Below, in pieces: positions 29,626 through 38,588 of a stretch of DNA of 64,000 nucleotides. Both the position numbers and the translations under genes were made by a program. Every line of letters begins with the position of its first letter. The stretch's first letter is position 1. Below the pieces are notes generated by a model, which was not told where the DNA came from, did no database searches, and saw only the letters and a list, made by a program, of their open reading frames with translations. The DNA is from Candidatus Cloacimonadales bacterium (GTDB lineage Bacteria; Cloacimonadota; Cloacimonadia; Cloacimonadales; JAIOQZ01), in NCBI GenBank assembly GCA_963674825.1, contig OY771587.1, positions 3,456,001 to 3,520,000 of the forward strand. The letters are read 5' to 3'.

Positions 29626-30825
29626 ATGCGGAATCTATACATCATACTGTTAAGCGTTTTTGTGGTAACATTATCTGCCACCAGCCTGATCATCGATCGG
29701 GGAGAAGACGCAAGGATCGTCGTTGAAACCGACACAATTGACAGCCTCTATTTTTCGGATACGGTTTACAGTGAAGAGGTGGCGCAGATACATTTCGTCG
29801 TGGACGATACGGATCCATACCATGGTGACGAACTGATCATGGTAGAGCTAATGGATGCCAATGGAAATCTCGTGCTCGATTCACCACCGGTGACCTTATC
29901 CTTTGCATATACACCTCCCGGCGGAGCCAACATCAACAATGAAGTATATACCATCGAAGACTCGATTACGGTCGCGACATATAATGGAATTGCCCTTGCT
30001 GTCCTCCACTGGGGTTATGAAGCCGGCTACGCGGTGATTCGTGCATCCGTGGAAAGCAATGGGCAGATGATTTCGAACACTCAAGGGTATGTCGTCTATG
30101 CATCAGAGGTAGAAAGTATTGATATTCAAATGGGAACCTCTGCGATTGACTGTGGTAATGGCTTCTGGTCAGTTCCTATCGCAGCCATGTGTTTGACTGT
30201 GGACGGCAATACACCTCCGTATGGTACCGCGGTCTGGTTTACGATCGATGACGAAACTATTGAATGGTGCAATGTTGTTGCCGAAAGCTATACTGGGAAT
30301 CATAATGTCTATGGCGATTCGACTCAGGGCGTAGCCAATACGCTCCTGACATATGATGGTTCTCACAGTTTGGAGGAAGTACCGGTCCATGTTGAATGCG
30401 GAAATCTCTCTGTAGTGGAATACATCCAGTTACCGATACAGTTGCCTCAACTTGAAATATACCCCATGCCTGGTCACTTGGACTGGACAAACAATAACTT
30501 CCCAAGCCCACTTGTTGGCGAGATATTTGCACAAGTGTCCGATGCGCAAGGGAACCCGATTGCGAATGCAGTAATTATTTTTTACTCAGAGCGCGGTGAA
30601 TTCATCGAGCCGGACGAACAATATCAAGTTCCCGGAGAGGATTGGTATGTGCTGCAAACAAACGAATGGGGTAATGCGAGAGCTCTTATACAATACCAAA
30701 CCTACGAATGCCCACCGGTCATTCCGCCACCCAATGAGATACCAGTTGATATTCATGCAACCATCCTGGGCACCGAGGTAACTGACCAAACAACGGTGAT
30801 CCTGTTGAACTACTATACTGATTAG
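29626..30825 (+). CDS. Exported Ig-like domain protein, paralog 2
   Basis: Same motif order (LMDANGNLV, YTGN, YDGSHS, SDAQGNPI, ECPPV..PPNE). Confidence 0.7.
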   Translation: MRNLYIILLSVFVVTLSATSLIIDRGEDARIVVETDTIDSLYFSDTVYSEEVAQIHFVVDDTDPYHGDELIMVELMDANGNLVLDSPPVTLSFAYTPPGGANINNEVYTIEDSITVATYNGIALAVLHWGYEAGYAVIRASVESNGQMISNTQGYVVYASEVESIDIQMGTSAIDCGNGFWSVPIAAMCLTVDGNTPPYGTAVWFTIDDETIEWCNVVAESYTGNHNVYGDSTQGVANTLLTYDGSHSLEEVPVHVECGNLSVVEYIQLPIQLPQLEIYPMPGHLDWTNNNFPSPLVGEIFAQVSDAQGNPIANAVIIFYSERGEFIEPDEQYQVPGEDWYVLQTNEWGNARALIQYQTYECPPVIPPPNEIPVDIHATILGTEVTDQTTVILLNYYTD

Positions 30826-30834
30826 GAGTGAACA

Positions 30835-32031
30835 ATGCGAAACCTCTTCATGATTCTGTTTTTAAATGCCGTAGCCGCACTGACGGCAGCAAGCCTCGTC
30901 ATCGACCGCACAGAAGGCCCTGACCTTGCATGCGATACCGCCGATATCCAGGAATTGACCTTCACTGATTCGACAGTGGGCGTAAACATCGCTTCAATCG
31001 AATATTTCGAGAGCGAATTTCAGCTTCTTTCCAACTCCTCGACGACGCTTAAGGCGGCGGTGCTGGATCAATTCGGCAATCTTGTCGATACCGATCAGGA
31101 CGTGATCTTTCTTTTCGTGTGGGATCCCACAAACGGGACCAACATCAACGGCGAGATCGACGAACAATTCGAGACACTTACCGTAACGCCAGTGAACGGC
31201 ATTGCTTCAGCTACACTGAACACTGGTGACCCCGGCCTGACAAGCATTAGCGTGCGCACGACGGACTATCTCGGAAGCACTATTGAGGAAAACCGCATCG
31301 TGACCATCTTCTCGACGCCAATATCCACAGTTGGACTCGTGGACGCTCCATTCAGCGGAACAAACGCCGGTGCTGGAAACTGGCGCGTAACGATCAGTGC
31401 CATTTGCAGCAACGACCTCGGTATGGCATCACCCAAAGACATGCCATGTGTGTTTTCACTGGTTGATCCGACGATCGACTGGGCAAACATTACCGGTGAA
31501 GGTTACATCGGTAATACGAATGTAGAGGGACAATCCTATACAGGCGTGGCGTTCACGGATCTGGTGTATCATGGCTCGCACTCCCTGGAACAGATCGGTA
31601 TTCAGTTTGTAGCTGATGGGACAACGGATGTCGAATATGTGGAACTCCCGCTGAATGAGCCGGCGATCTCGATATCGCTCAATCCTGCCAACCTTGTCTG
31701 GAGCAGTGGTACTGGTGAGGACGATCTCATCGGCGAGGTGCTCGTACATGTGCAGGACAGCCAGGGGAATCCGGTTACAGGCGCTGTGATCAACCTGATG
31801 AGCTCTCGGGGAGAGTTTATCGAAGCGGGTGAACCGTACCAGATTGAAGGTGAGCCGGATAATGTGATCCAGAGTGTTGAAGGTGTGGCGATTGGGTTAA
31901 TCTGCATGCACTGGTACGAATGCCCTCCTGTGGATAATCCTCCGAATCAGCTCAACGTCGATATAACAGCGGTTTTGGGATCACATCAGCTTACCGCGAC
32001 GACGACACTGATTGTCCTAAATTATAATTGA
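30835..32031 (+). CDS. Exported Ig-like domain protein, paralog 3
   Basis: Same motif order (VLDQFGNLV, YIGN, YHGSHS, QDSQGNPV, ECPPVDNPPN). Confidence 0.7.
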   Translation: MRNLFMILFLNAVAALTAASLVIDRTEGPDLACDTADIQELTFTDSTVGVNIASIEYFESEFQLLSNSSTTLKAAVLDQFGNLVDTDQDVIFLFVWDPTNGTNINGEIDEQFETLTVTPVNGIASATLNTGDPGLTSISVRTTDYLGSTIEENRIVTIFSTPISTVGLVDAPFSGTNAGAGNWRVTISAICSNDLGMASPKDMPCVFSLVDPTIDWANITGEGYIGNTNVEGQSYTGVAFTDLVYHGSHSLEQIGIQFVADGTTDVEYVELPLNEPAISISLNPANLVWSSGTGEDDLIGEVLVHVQDSQGNPVTGAVINLMSSRGEFIEAGEPYQIEGEPDNVIQSVEGVAIGLICMHWYECPPVDNPPNQLNVDITAVLGSHQLTATTTLIVLNYN

Positions 32032-32130
32032 CGTTTTCAGACGGACTGAGAGAATGTCTCTGGGAAAATATTTTATTGTTTTTCTAGAACATGATGGTGA
32101 TTGATAACCTGAAACTCAGTTGGAGGAATC

Positions 32131-32439
32131 GTGAGTATTTCCAAAAAATACTTGAAAACCCAGTCCGTCTGCAAAGTTACTTTCAAGCTTACGCATCAGG
32201 CATGCGGTAATGCGAACAAAGTTTGCATCGTCGGCGATTTCAACAATTGGGATGTCCAGGCAGATCCCATGTTGAAATTGAAGAGTGGTGACTTTAAAAT
32301 CGTTCTTGATCTCGTGCCTGGAAATTCCTACCAGTACCGCTATCTCATTGATGGAAAGAAATGGGAAAACGACTGGAAGGCAGACGAATATATCCACTCA
32401 CCTTTCGGAAATTGTGAAAACTCGGTCGTAATCGTTTAG
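32131..32439 (+). CDS. Isoamylase early-set / CBM48-like glycogen-binding domain protein
   Basis: CKVTF, VGDFNNW, YQYRYLIDG..WEND, ENSV; GGAGG RBS with GTG start. Confidence 0.9.
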   Translation: MSISKKYLKTQSVCKVTFKLTHQACGNANKVCIVGDFNNWDVQADPMLKLKSGDFKIVLDLVPGNSYQYRYLIDGKKWENDWKADEYIHSPFGNCENSVVIV

Positions 32440-32563
32440 CCTGACCATTTTCCACAGAAACCTTCAAAGCACATACATGAGAGGGTTTCTGTATTGGCGA
32501 ACTTAACGATACCACCACACACTTTCCCTTTCCGTTTGCTTGATGGATTAAAGGGTAAATAGT

Positions 32564-33187
32564 ATGACCGAAATACGTGAAGATTTAATTCTGATGGGTG
32601 AGATTGTGCGCCTCAAGCCAATCAAGCCTCGACATTTCACGCAAATCGTTGATTGGTACAGTAGAAAGCGCATTCGACGACACCTCTTGCGCGATGACCT
32701 TCCCGGCCTGAAAAACCGGATTCGCAGCTTCTTCATCAAGAATCGCATCGACACGATTATCACATCCATATACGGCTACTGGATCGAGCACGGCATGGGC
32801 TTCATGATCAAGGTGAAAAACGAGAATCTGGGAACAATATGCGCCTGGGAGATCGCGCCATCGATCTACCGTATCCAGATCGTTATCGGCCGCAGGAAGA
32901 ACTGGGGTCAGGGTTTTGGTACGGAAGCTGTTAGAACGCTGACAAAGTATCTTATAACCGAATTCTCACCCACTGCTATCATCTGTTCCGATGTTCATCC
33001 TGGCAATGAGCGGTGTATCAAGGTTTTCGAGAGTAATGGCTTTGTTCAATGCAGTGATGCTACTGCCGATCGCTACCGCGCAATGACCGAATACCCAAAG
33101 TATATGGTAAACGATCCCTGTACCGATTCAGGTCAACACCGACTCAAGACGTATGAATTTATCCCGTCGGGAGGAAACGCACAGTGA
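32564..33187 (+). CDS. GNAT family N-acetyltransferase (RimJ/RimL-like)
   Basis: VRLKP, NWGQGFGTEA acetyl-CoA motif, NERCIKVFESNGF. Confidence 0.8.
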   Translation: MTEIREDLILMGEIVRLKPIKPRHFTQIVDWYSRKRIRRHLLRDDLPGLKNRIRSFFIKNRIDTIITSIYGYWIEHGMGFMIKVKNENLGTICAWEIAPSIYRIQIVIGRRKNWGQGFGTEAVRTLTKYLITEFSPTAIICSDVHPGNERCIKVFESNGFVQCSDATADRYRAMTEYPKYMVNDPCTDSGQHRLKTYEFIPSGGNAQ

Positions 33188-33939
33188 TGAAAAGAGCGCA
33201 TCGAGTCTCAGTCTTCGCAATTATCATCTGCTTGATTCTGTTAATAATTTCCTGCCAGAAAAAGGAGGAAACCGAGAAGATAGTTGAGCAGGTGATCAAT
33301 AATACTGCCGATGAATCGCTGGTCTTGCACATGCCGTTTGATGGAACAGTGAGTGATTCAAGCATGTTCACGCATCATGTTGAGGCCCGGAATGTCAGAT
33401 TCACGGAAGATCGATTCGGTAAGAAGGAATCAGCCGCACGATTCGATGGCCGCACCTCATGGATATCGATTGAAGCAGATTCGCTTCTTGATTTTCACGA
33501 TCGCGCCAGTTTCACGGTGACTTCCTGGGTCAATGTGAACCGCTTTTCGATAGACTGGAGCATTCTCCGCAAGAAGGGTGATCCTGTGCAGTATTACTTT
33601 GGATACGAGGATGATCGTGTTGTGTTGAGCCTTGATCGTGAGGAATCGCGGGTGTATTCGCAGACGACACTTTTCGAAGATACGTGGTATTTCGTTGTTG
33701 GTGTGTATGATGCTGATCTGATGCAGCTTACGATCTATGTCAATTCGCTACAGGACGCACAAGCTCCGGTTCTAAATCTTTTCAAGAGCAAGACGGGAAA
33801 TCTCGAGATAGGGCGGACGTCTACCAATACGCCAGTCTACTATCTCAACGGTGTGCTGGACGATATACGGGTCTATTCACGAAAGCTTTCCGAAAAGGAA
33901 ATACGCGACCTCTATCACGAAGGTGGGTGGAATCTGTAA
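33187..33939 (+). CDS. LamG/concanavalin-like domain lipoprotein
   Basis: LLIIS-C lipobox; DRFG..SAARFDG, FTVTSWV, WYFVVGVYD, GVLDDIRVYSRKLS. Confidence 0.85.
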   Translation: MKRAHRVSVFAIIICLILLIISCQKKEETEKIVEQVINNTADESLVLHMPFDGTVSDSSMFTHHVEARNVRFTEDRFGKKESAARFDGRTSWISIEADSLLDFHDRASFTVTSWVNVNRFSIDWSILRKKGDPVQYYFGYEDDRVVLSLDREESRVYSQTTLFEDTWYFVVGVYDADLMQLTIYVNSLQDAQAPVLNLFKSKTGNLEIGRTSTNTPVYYLNGVLDDIRVYSRKLSEKEIRDLYHEGGWNL

Positions 33940-34003
33940 GTCAACTGTTCCATGAGGCGTCTGGCTGAGCCCGGAACTCCCTCAATAAACCGTTTGTATA
34001 TAC

Positions 34004-34043
34004 AAAAAGAGGCAGCTTCTATCGAGGCTGCCTCTTCTATTTT
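34004..34043. terminator. Bidirectional intrinsic terminator
   Basis: AAGAGGCAGCTTC-TATC-GAGGCTGCCTCTT flanked by A and T runs, between convergent genes. Confidence 0.85.
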
Positions 34044-34061
34044 GTGCTGAGCTCTTTCGGA

Positions 34062-34544
34062 TTAGTCTTCCAGGAAAGCGACGCTCAGAGCGTTTTCAAC
34101 GGTAACGGATCCATCTTTGACCATCTTGATGATCTGTTGGATCTTCTTGTTGTAGTTTTCACGTAAACGAATGTTCATCGAGATCTGATCCACCAGCTTA
34201 TTCTGGGTCTCTGTGAGACGGATCAGGATCGCTCTCATATCAGCTTCCATTTCCTCATCGTTCTCATAAGTGATCTTCTGAGGTTCGCGGACAGCACCGT
34301 AGTAGAGAGGGCGATCGGCAAGTTCTTTCGGGAAATCAACAAACATATCGCCTTTATCTGAATACAACCAGTTAAGGTTGATTTTAAACCGCGACATAAG
34401 GTTTGCTGTTGTCTCAGCTCTTGGGCTACTGTGATCAGACTCGATCTTTGATAGTGCTGCCGAGCTGATATCCAGTTCTTTTGCGAATTGGGCCTGGGTC
34501 ATGCCGATGGCATGTCGGATAGCCTTGAATTTTTTTCCGAACAT
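34062..34544 (-). CDS. XRE-family HTH regulator (phage repressor-like) with C-terminal coiled coil
   Basis: GGAGG RBS before ATG 34544; IRHAIGMTQAQFAKELDISSAALSKIE, INLNWL..DKGDMF. Confidence 0.85.
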   Translation of the reverse strand: MFGKKFKAIRHAIGMTQAQFAKELDISSAALSKIESDHSSPRAETTANLMSRFKINLNWLYSDKGDMFVDFPKELADRPLYYGAVREPQKITYENDEEMEADMRAILIRLTETQNKLVDQISMNIRLRENYNKKIQQIIKMVKDGSVTVENALSVAFLED

Positions 34545-34580
34545 TAGTACCTCCTTGACGTTTCGTAGCTTTCGCACGTG

Positions 34581-34817
34581 CTAATGTTTATCGTGAGCCT
34601 GAATCCCGTCAAGAAATATACTTCCCTTCCCTGTAATAAACCAGTTCAAATTGACGTTAAGATTCAGTAATAGGTTGGCGTGAATGCTTGCGCTTGGGGC
34701 ATTTATATCTGCCTCTAGTTTTGATATTGCGGCCCCAGATACCCCTAAAATTTCTGCCAAATCTTTTTGTTTAAGCCCGGTTAAACTTCTGATAGTTTTC
34801 AGGCGTTTTCCGTACAT
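34581..34817 (-). CDS. XRE-family HTH regulator (single domain), paralog of the downstream gene
   Basis: GGAGG RBS; RLKTIR..GLKQKDLAEILGVSGAAISKLE, VNLNWFITGKG. Confidence 0.88.
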   Translation of the reverse strand: MYGKRLKTIRSLTGLKQKDLAEILGVSGAAISKLEADINAPSASIHANLLLNLNVNLNWFITGKGSIFLDGIQAHDKH

Positions 34818-34832
34818 GGTAACCTCCCTTGT

Positions 34833-34937
34833 GGTTAACTATAGTTAAGTTATTCCTTGACAAAAATCTCCTATTGGAATTTTATTTACCTCCAATACAG
34901 CCAGAGTTAATCTTACTTAAACTTGATTAAGTGTCAA
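34833..34937. promoter_or_regulatory. Divergent control region with opposed promoters and TTAA-N6-TTAA operator-like sites
   Basis: TTGACA (+) 34857; TTGACA (-) 34932-34937 with TAAGAT -10 at 34910-34915; TTAACTATAGTTAA 34835-34848; TTAA at 34907/34917/34927. Confidence 0.6.
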
Positions 34938-34959
34938 ACAAAATAATCGGAGGTATAGT

Positions 34960-35184
34960 ATGGTACAGATTTTATCAGGAAAGCAAGTGCGGTTAAAACG
35001 AATCGAACACGATCTTTCGATGAACGAATTGGCGAGGAAATTGAACGTAACGCCAACGTGGATGTCGCTTGTAGAAAACGGGAGACAGTCAGGAGAGCCA
35101 GTCCGTTCCAAGGCAACCCTGTTTTTCCAGCAGATTGAAATGGAAGCACTGAGAAAACGGCTCAACCGAATAGAAGGCGAATAA
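34960..35184 (+). CDS. Small Cro-like XRE HTH protein
   Basis: GGAGG RBS; VRLKRIEHDLSMNELARKLNVTPTWMSLVENG. Confidence 0.85.
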   Translation: MVQILSGKQVRLKRIEHDLSMNELARKLNVTPTWMSLVENGRQSGEPVRSKATLFFQQIEMEALRKRLNRIEGE

Positions 35185-35262
35185 GTCCCCTGCGTCCTGG
35201 CTGTATTCATTAGGAATAGGGCTGAAACGTTAGGTGTGAAATACCGAAAAAAGGACAGAAAA

Positions 35263-35673
35263 ATGACAGAGAGACAATGGATTCAACAAATACGTGATCG
35301 GATAAGGCTGTTTAAATCAATACCCGGCGTGCGCATACCGTTATATGATTCGCATGCAGGCATCGATTTCGGACGTTACCTGGGAATCATAAGAGAGGAT
35401 GCATATTGGAGAACGCTCAATGTCGATTTATCGCGCAGTGAATTGTCGCCACTGGCAGGTGAAAGAGCTGACATTGCGCAGCATGTTGTTCGGAGCGTAC
35501 AGGAAATTGAAGACCTCGTAAACATCATCGACAGGCTTTCTATCGAGAACCGAATCTTGAAGGGAAAGCTTCGTACGACTTATCAGGAGTTGCATAATCT
35601 TTTGATAAAGAAGGATGTACAACCGGTGGAGATAATCCAGCAATTTACCCAGTTCCGGACGAATCGCTTGTAA
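35263..35673 (+). CDS. Hypothetical protein with C-terminal coiled coil
   Basis: ORF downstream of the cro-like gene; AAGGA before ATG 35263 (alternative GTG 35236). Confidence 0.55.
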   Translation: MTERQWIQQIRDRIRLFKSIPGVRIPLYDSHAGIDFGRYLGIIREDAYWRTLNVDLSRSELSPLAGERADIAQHVVRSVQEIEDLVNIIDRLSIENRILKGKLRTTYQELHNLLIKKDVQPVEIIQQFTQFRTNRL

Positions 35674-35714
35674 ACTAAATAGGGTAGAGGCGCCTTCCTT
35701 TCGGGCGCCCTGCC

Positions 35715-37673
35715 TTACAAGCCAAGGGTTTTATTGGGAGGTTTGACCAATACCTTGAACGTGAAAGTGGTGCCTTTGCCGGGTACGCTTTCAAAAGTGA
35801 TCGAGCCTTTCATGATTTCCGCAAGCCGCTGGCTGATAGCCAGTCCGAGGCCTGTGCCACTGTAGCGTCTTGTTGTTGATTTGGATACCTGTTCGAAGGC
35901 GTCAAAGATCTTGTCGCGATCCTTCTCCTGGATACCGATACCAGTGTCGGTCACATCAACAATCAGCCATCCATCTTTGTAACAACAGGCCATATCAACT
36001 CTACCAGCAGGCGTGAACTTGATCGCGTTGCTGAGTAGGTTCCATATGATCTGACGAATCCTACCGGAATCTCCGTAGGCAATTTCAGGGACATCGCGGT
36101 GGATCTCGATATCGTAGGCGATTCCTTTCTCTTTAGCCTGCTCATGGAGAAGGCCAAAGGTGGATCGTAGCGTTTGTGGCAGGTTCATGATATGGCTATC
36201 TACGCGTAGGGAGTTAGATTCGATGCGGGAATAATCGAGGATGTTTTTCACGATACTCATCAGCTGTATAGCTGCCGAGTGGATCGTGGAAAGCTTATGG
36301 ATTTTTTCGTTTTTCTCTTCTTCTTCCAGCATGATTTCGGTGAATCCGATTACGGCGTTCAGTGGTGTTTGGAGTTCATGGCTTACATTGGCCAGGAATT
36401 CGCTCTTGCTACGGTTTGCAGCTTCAGAAGTGAGAATTGCATCGCGCAGCAGGTCCTCGGTGCGCATATGATTTTCGATCTCCTGTGAGAGTGCCGTTGT
36501 GCGCTGTTCAACCTTCTGCTCGAGGGCGTCATTTATCTCGATGATGATTTTCTCTTTTTCACGAATTTGCGCCTGCATGAACTGAATATTCTGCGCGATC
36601 TTTGTCAGTTCGTCATTTTGAGAAATATCGAGTACTTCGCTGCGGCTGCCGTTTGCGATGTGATTCAAGGCGCGATTAATCTGGAGTATTCGGGAGATAA
36701 TGTTTTTCTTGATACGCCAGGACACAATGTAATAGGTGACGATAATGGAAAGGAGCGTAATACCCAGCAAGACAAAGAAAATTTTTCGACGCTGAAAATT
36801 AATACTCGAAAAATCGTAGACCGACTTCATCCAGAGCTGACCCCTGAGTATGGGGGAGTTCGTGAACCGTGCCTGAATCGGTTGATACATTTCATTTAAA
36901 TTGTCTCTTACTCGAGTGAAGGGTTGCCCTGATTTCGCCAGCATATAGATCTCCGGATCCATTTTCTGCCCTTCATTGACGAGTGACCACTGTCCAACAT
37001 CGTTCACGGCGTAGAGATCAAGCTCAATAAGATGTTTTGTGGTTTCAGGTATATCGTAGAATATTTTGCCATTGATATAATCACGGAAATTTGCCGGGTA
37101 GCGTTTATCAATATACTTCTTCACGTCGATGGAGACTTCGATGATAAAGTCTGAACCTTTCGGGCTGAAATAGCTGAACTTCTTGATCATGCCTGTTCGA
37201 GACGAGATGGAGATTCTCTCGGTTTTCACAATGCCAGATCCATACAAATCCATTAGGAAACCTTTGAAGTTATCCGAAATCGAGAAGAGCCTGAAATACT
37301 GGTCTGGCTCATAGGTGGTTTTTATGACGATTCCTTTGCTGTTAATAAGGTATAGGTCATCGAACCGGTAGCGATTTGCGATAGCCTTCATTTCGTCATC
37401 CGTGAGACGTGAGAGCGGCTTGTCCAGGTTTTGAAGGTCTTTGGCAAGGTTGGGGAGACGTTGGTCGATATTTGAGTCGATATCTTCCTCGACCATTTTA
37501 TACATAAGGTCGTAAACGCCTAAGCGGGAGGCAATTTGCTGCTGGGCATCTTCAATAATCGTGGTCCTGAGTGAGCGTGTATAGTATTGTGAGATAATGA
37601 ATACGCCGAATCCCACGAATAGATTTGAAAGCGCAATGATAGCAATAATGAAACCCGTTAGTCGTTTCTGCAT
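35715..37673 (-). CDS. Membrane sensor histidine kinase (periplasmic sensor, HAMP, HisKA, HATPase)
   Basis: Two TM segments; KSEFLANVSHELQTPLN H-box; NLLSNAIKFT, DTGIGI, GTGLGL, GKGTTF boxes; no receiver domain. Confidence 0.93.
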   Translation of the reverse strand: MQKRLTGFIIAIIALSNLFVGFGVFIISQYYTRSLRTTIIEDAQQQIASRLGVYDLMYKMVEEDIDSNIDQRLPNLAKDLQNLDKPLSRLTDDEMKAIANRYRFDDLYLINSKGIVIKTTYEPDQYFRLFSISDNFKGFLMDLYGSGIVKTERISISSRTGMIKKFSYFSPKGSDFIIEVSIDVKKYIDKRYPANFRDYINGKIFYDIPETTKHLIELDLYAVNDVGQWSLVNEGQKMDPEIYMLAKSGQPFTRVRDNLNEMYQPIQARFTNSPILRGQLWMKSVYDFSSINFQRRKIFFVLLGITLLSIIVTYYIVSWRIKKNIISRILQINRALNHIANGSRSEVLDISQNDELTKIAQNIQFMQAQIREKEKIIIEINDALEQKVEQRTTALSQEIENHMRTEDLLRDAILTSEAANRSKSEFLANVSHELQTPLNAVIGFTEIMLEEEEKNEKIHKLSTIHSAAIQLMSIVKNILDYSRIESNSLRVDSHIMNLPQTLRSTFGLLHEQAKEKGIAYDIEIHRDVPEIAYGDSGRIRQIIWNLLSNAIKFTPAGRVDMACCYKDGWLIVDVTDTGIGIQEKDRDKIFDAFEQVSKSTTRRYSGTGLGLAISQRLAEIMKGSITFESVPGKGTTFTFKVLVKPPNKTLGL

Positions 37674-37687
37674 GAATTACCCGCAAC

Positions 37688-37939
37688 TTAGAAGAATTTT
37701 CTTTTTCTTTTCCGTCTCCGTCCATGATGGGTTGTGTGACGCTCGTAGTTTCGATGACGGTCTCTGGTAAGCATGATGATGATGAAGCCAATTACTGGTG
37801 TCAGGATTAAGGAAATAAGAAAACCGGTTCCGAAGTTGTTCCCACGCCTTCTATTGACATAAGCCACTACAAGGCATAGGAGGATATAGCCTATAAAGAT
37901 TAAAACGCTCAAGGTCTGGGGACGAGTTAAGAATGACAT
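37688..37939 (-). CDS. Small two-TM membrane protein with a basic His/Arg/Lys-rich tail
   Basis: Probable start MSFLTRPQ; FLISLILTPVIGFIII motif; ends HHGRRRKRKRKFF. Confidence 0.6.
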   Translation of the reverse strand: MSFLTRPQTLSVLIFIGYILLCLVVAYVNRRRGNNFGTGFLISLILTPVIGFIIIMLTRDRHRNYERHTTHHGRRRKRKRKFF

Positions 37940-38277
37940 TCTGTTCTGGTTCCTGTATGCTTTTACCAATAAAGTACGCCATTCGCCTGGTATTGACAAA
38001 ATAAAAAAAAGATTATTGTGAAATTTCCTGGTTGGGCAAATATCGTGCTCTAACAAATATCGTGCGGGAATTGATTGGTAATGAAGATACGTATGGGAAA
38101 TCAGAAAATGGACACGAATGAAGTTCATGAAAACGGAATCCATTCAACTGTATTTTCTGGCACATGTCCGTGAAACATATGTCGTGAAACATATTCAATA
38201 AAAAAGATAGATGTTGAAACGAGAAAATATCAAGGGTCAACATGTTTCACTCCCCCATTTTGCCCCATGTATATATG

Positions 38278-38305
38278 TCATGTCATAATATATATTATGT
38301 AAACT
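38278..38305 (+). other. dif-like XerC/XerD recombination site
   Basis: TCATGTCATAA-TATATA-TTATGTAAACT: 11-6-11 layout; spacer and right arm match the Bacillus subtilis dif as I recall it, left arm ends CATAA like E. coli dif; lies in a long AT-rich intergenic gap. Confidence 0.8.
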
Positions 38306-38588
38306 AATAAGAATTAGACAACCATCTGTTGAGAAAATGGTTGGGTATTTTGGGTTGATTGAGAATGTAAACATGTTGCATACATGTGATTTTATAGAAT
38401 ACGTAAAATCAGGCGATTCTGAGTACTTTAATCCGTGAGCAATGTTCCATGTCTTCCCCGGTCGAGATCGTCGCTTCTCAGCGATATTTCGAATTCGCCA
38501 TTTCTAGGCGTTGCAGAAAAAAGAAAAGCCTTGCAAGTTTGGGATAATGTGTGATTTTCGTCGCAGAAATCAATCGGAGGATTTTTGG

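Noticed and set aside
28412..32031. Diversity-generating retroelement or phase-variable cassette behind the paralog triplet
   Set aside because: The paralogs diverge along their whole length; no reverse transcriptase, recombinase or near-identical template repeat seen
38161..38250. parS sites
   Set aside because: Only half-sites (CGTGAAACA); no full TGTTNCACGTGAAACA palindrome, and parS is expected near the origin rather than next to dif
34062..38305. Intact prophage or Xer-integrated element
   Set aside because: No replication, structural or integrase genes, and no second dif-like boundary seen
37940..38588. N-terminal extensions given by the ORF track for the small membrane protein (to 38143) and yicC (from 38511)
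   Set aside because: They run through AT-rich regulatory DNA; yicC has a clear RBS and family start at 38589
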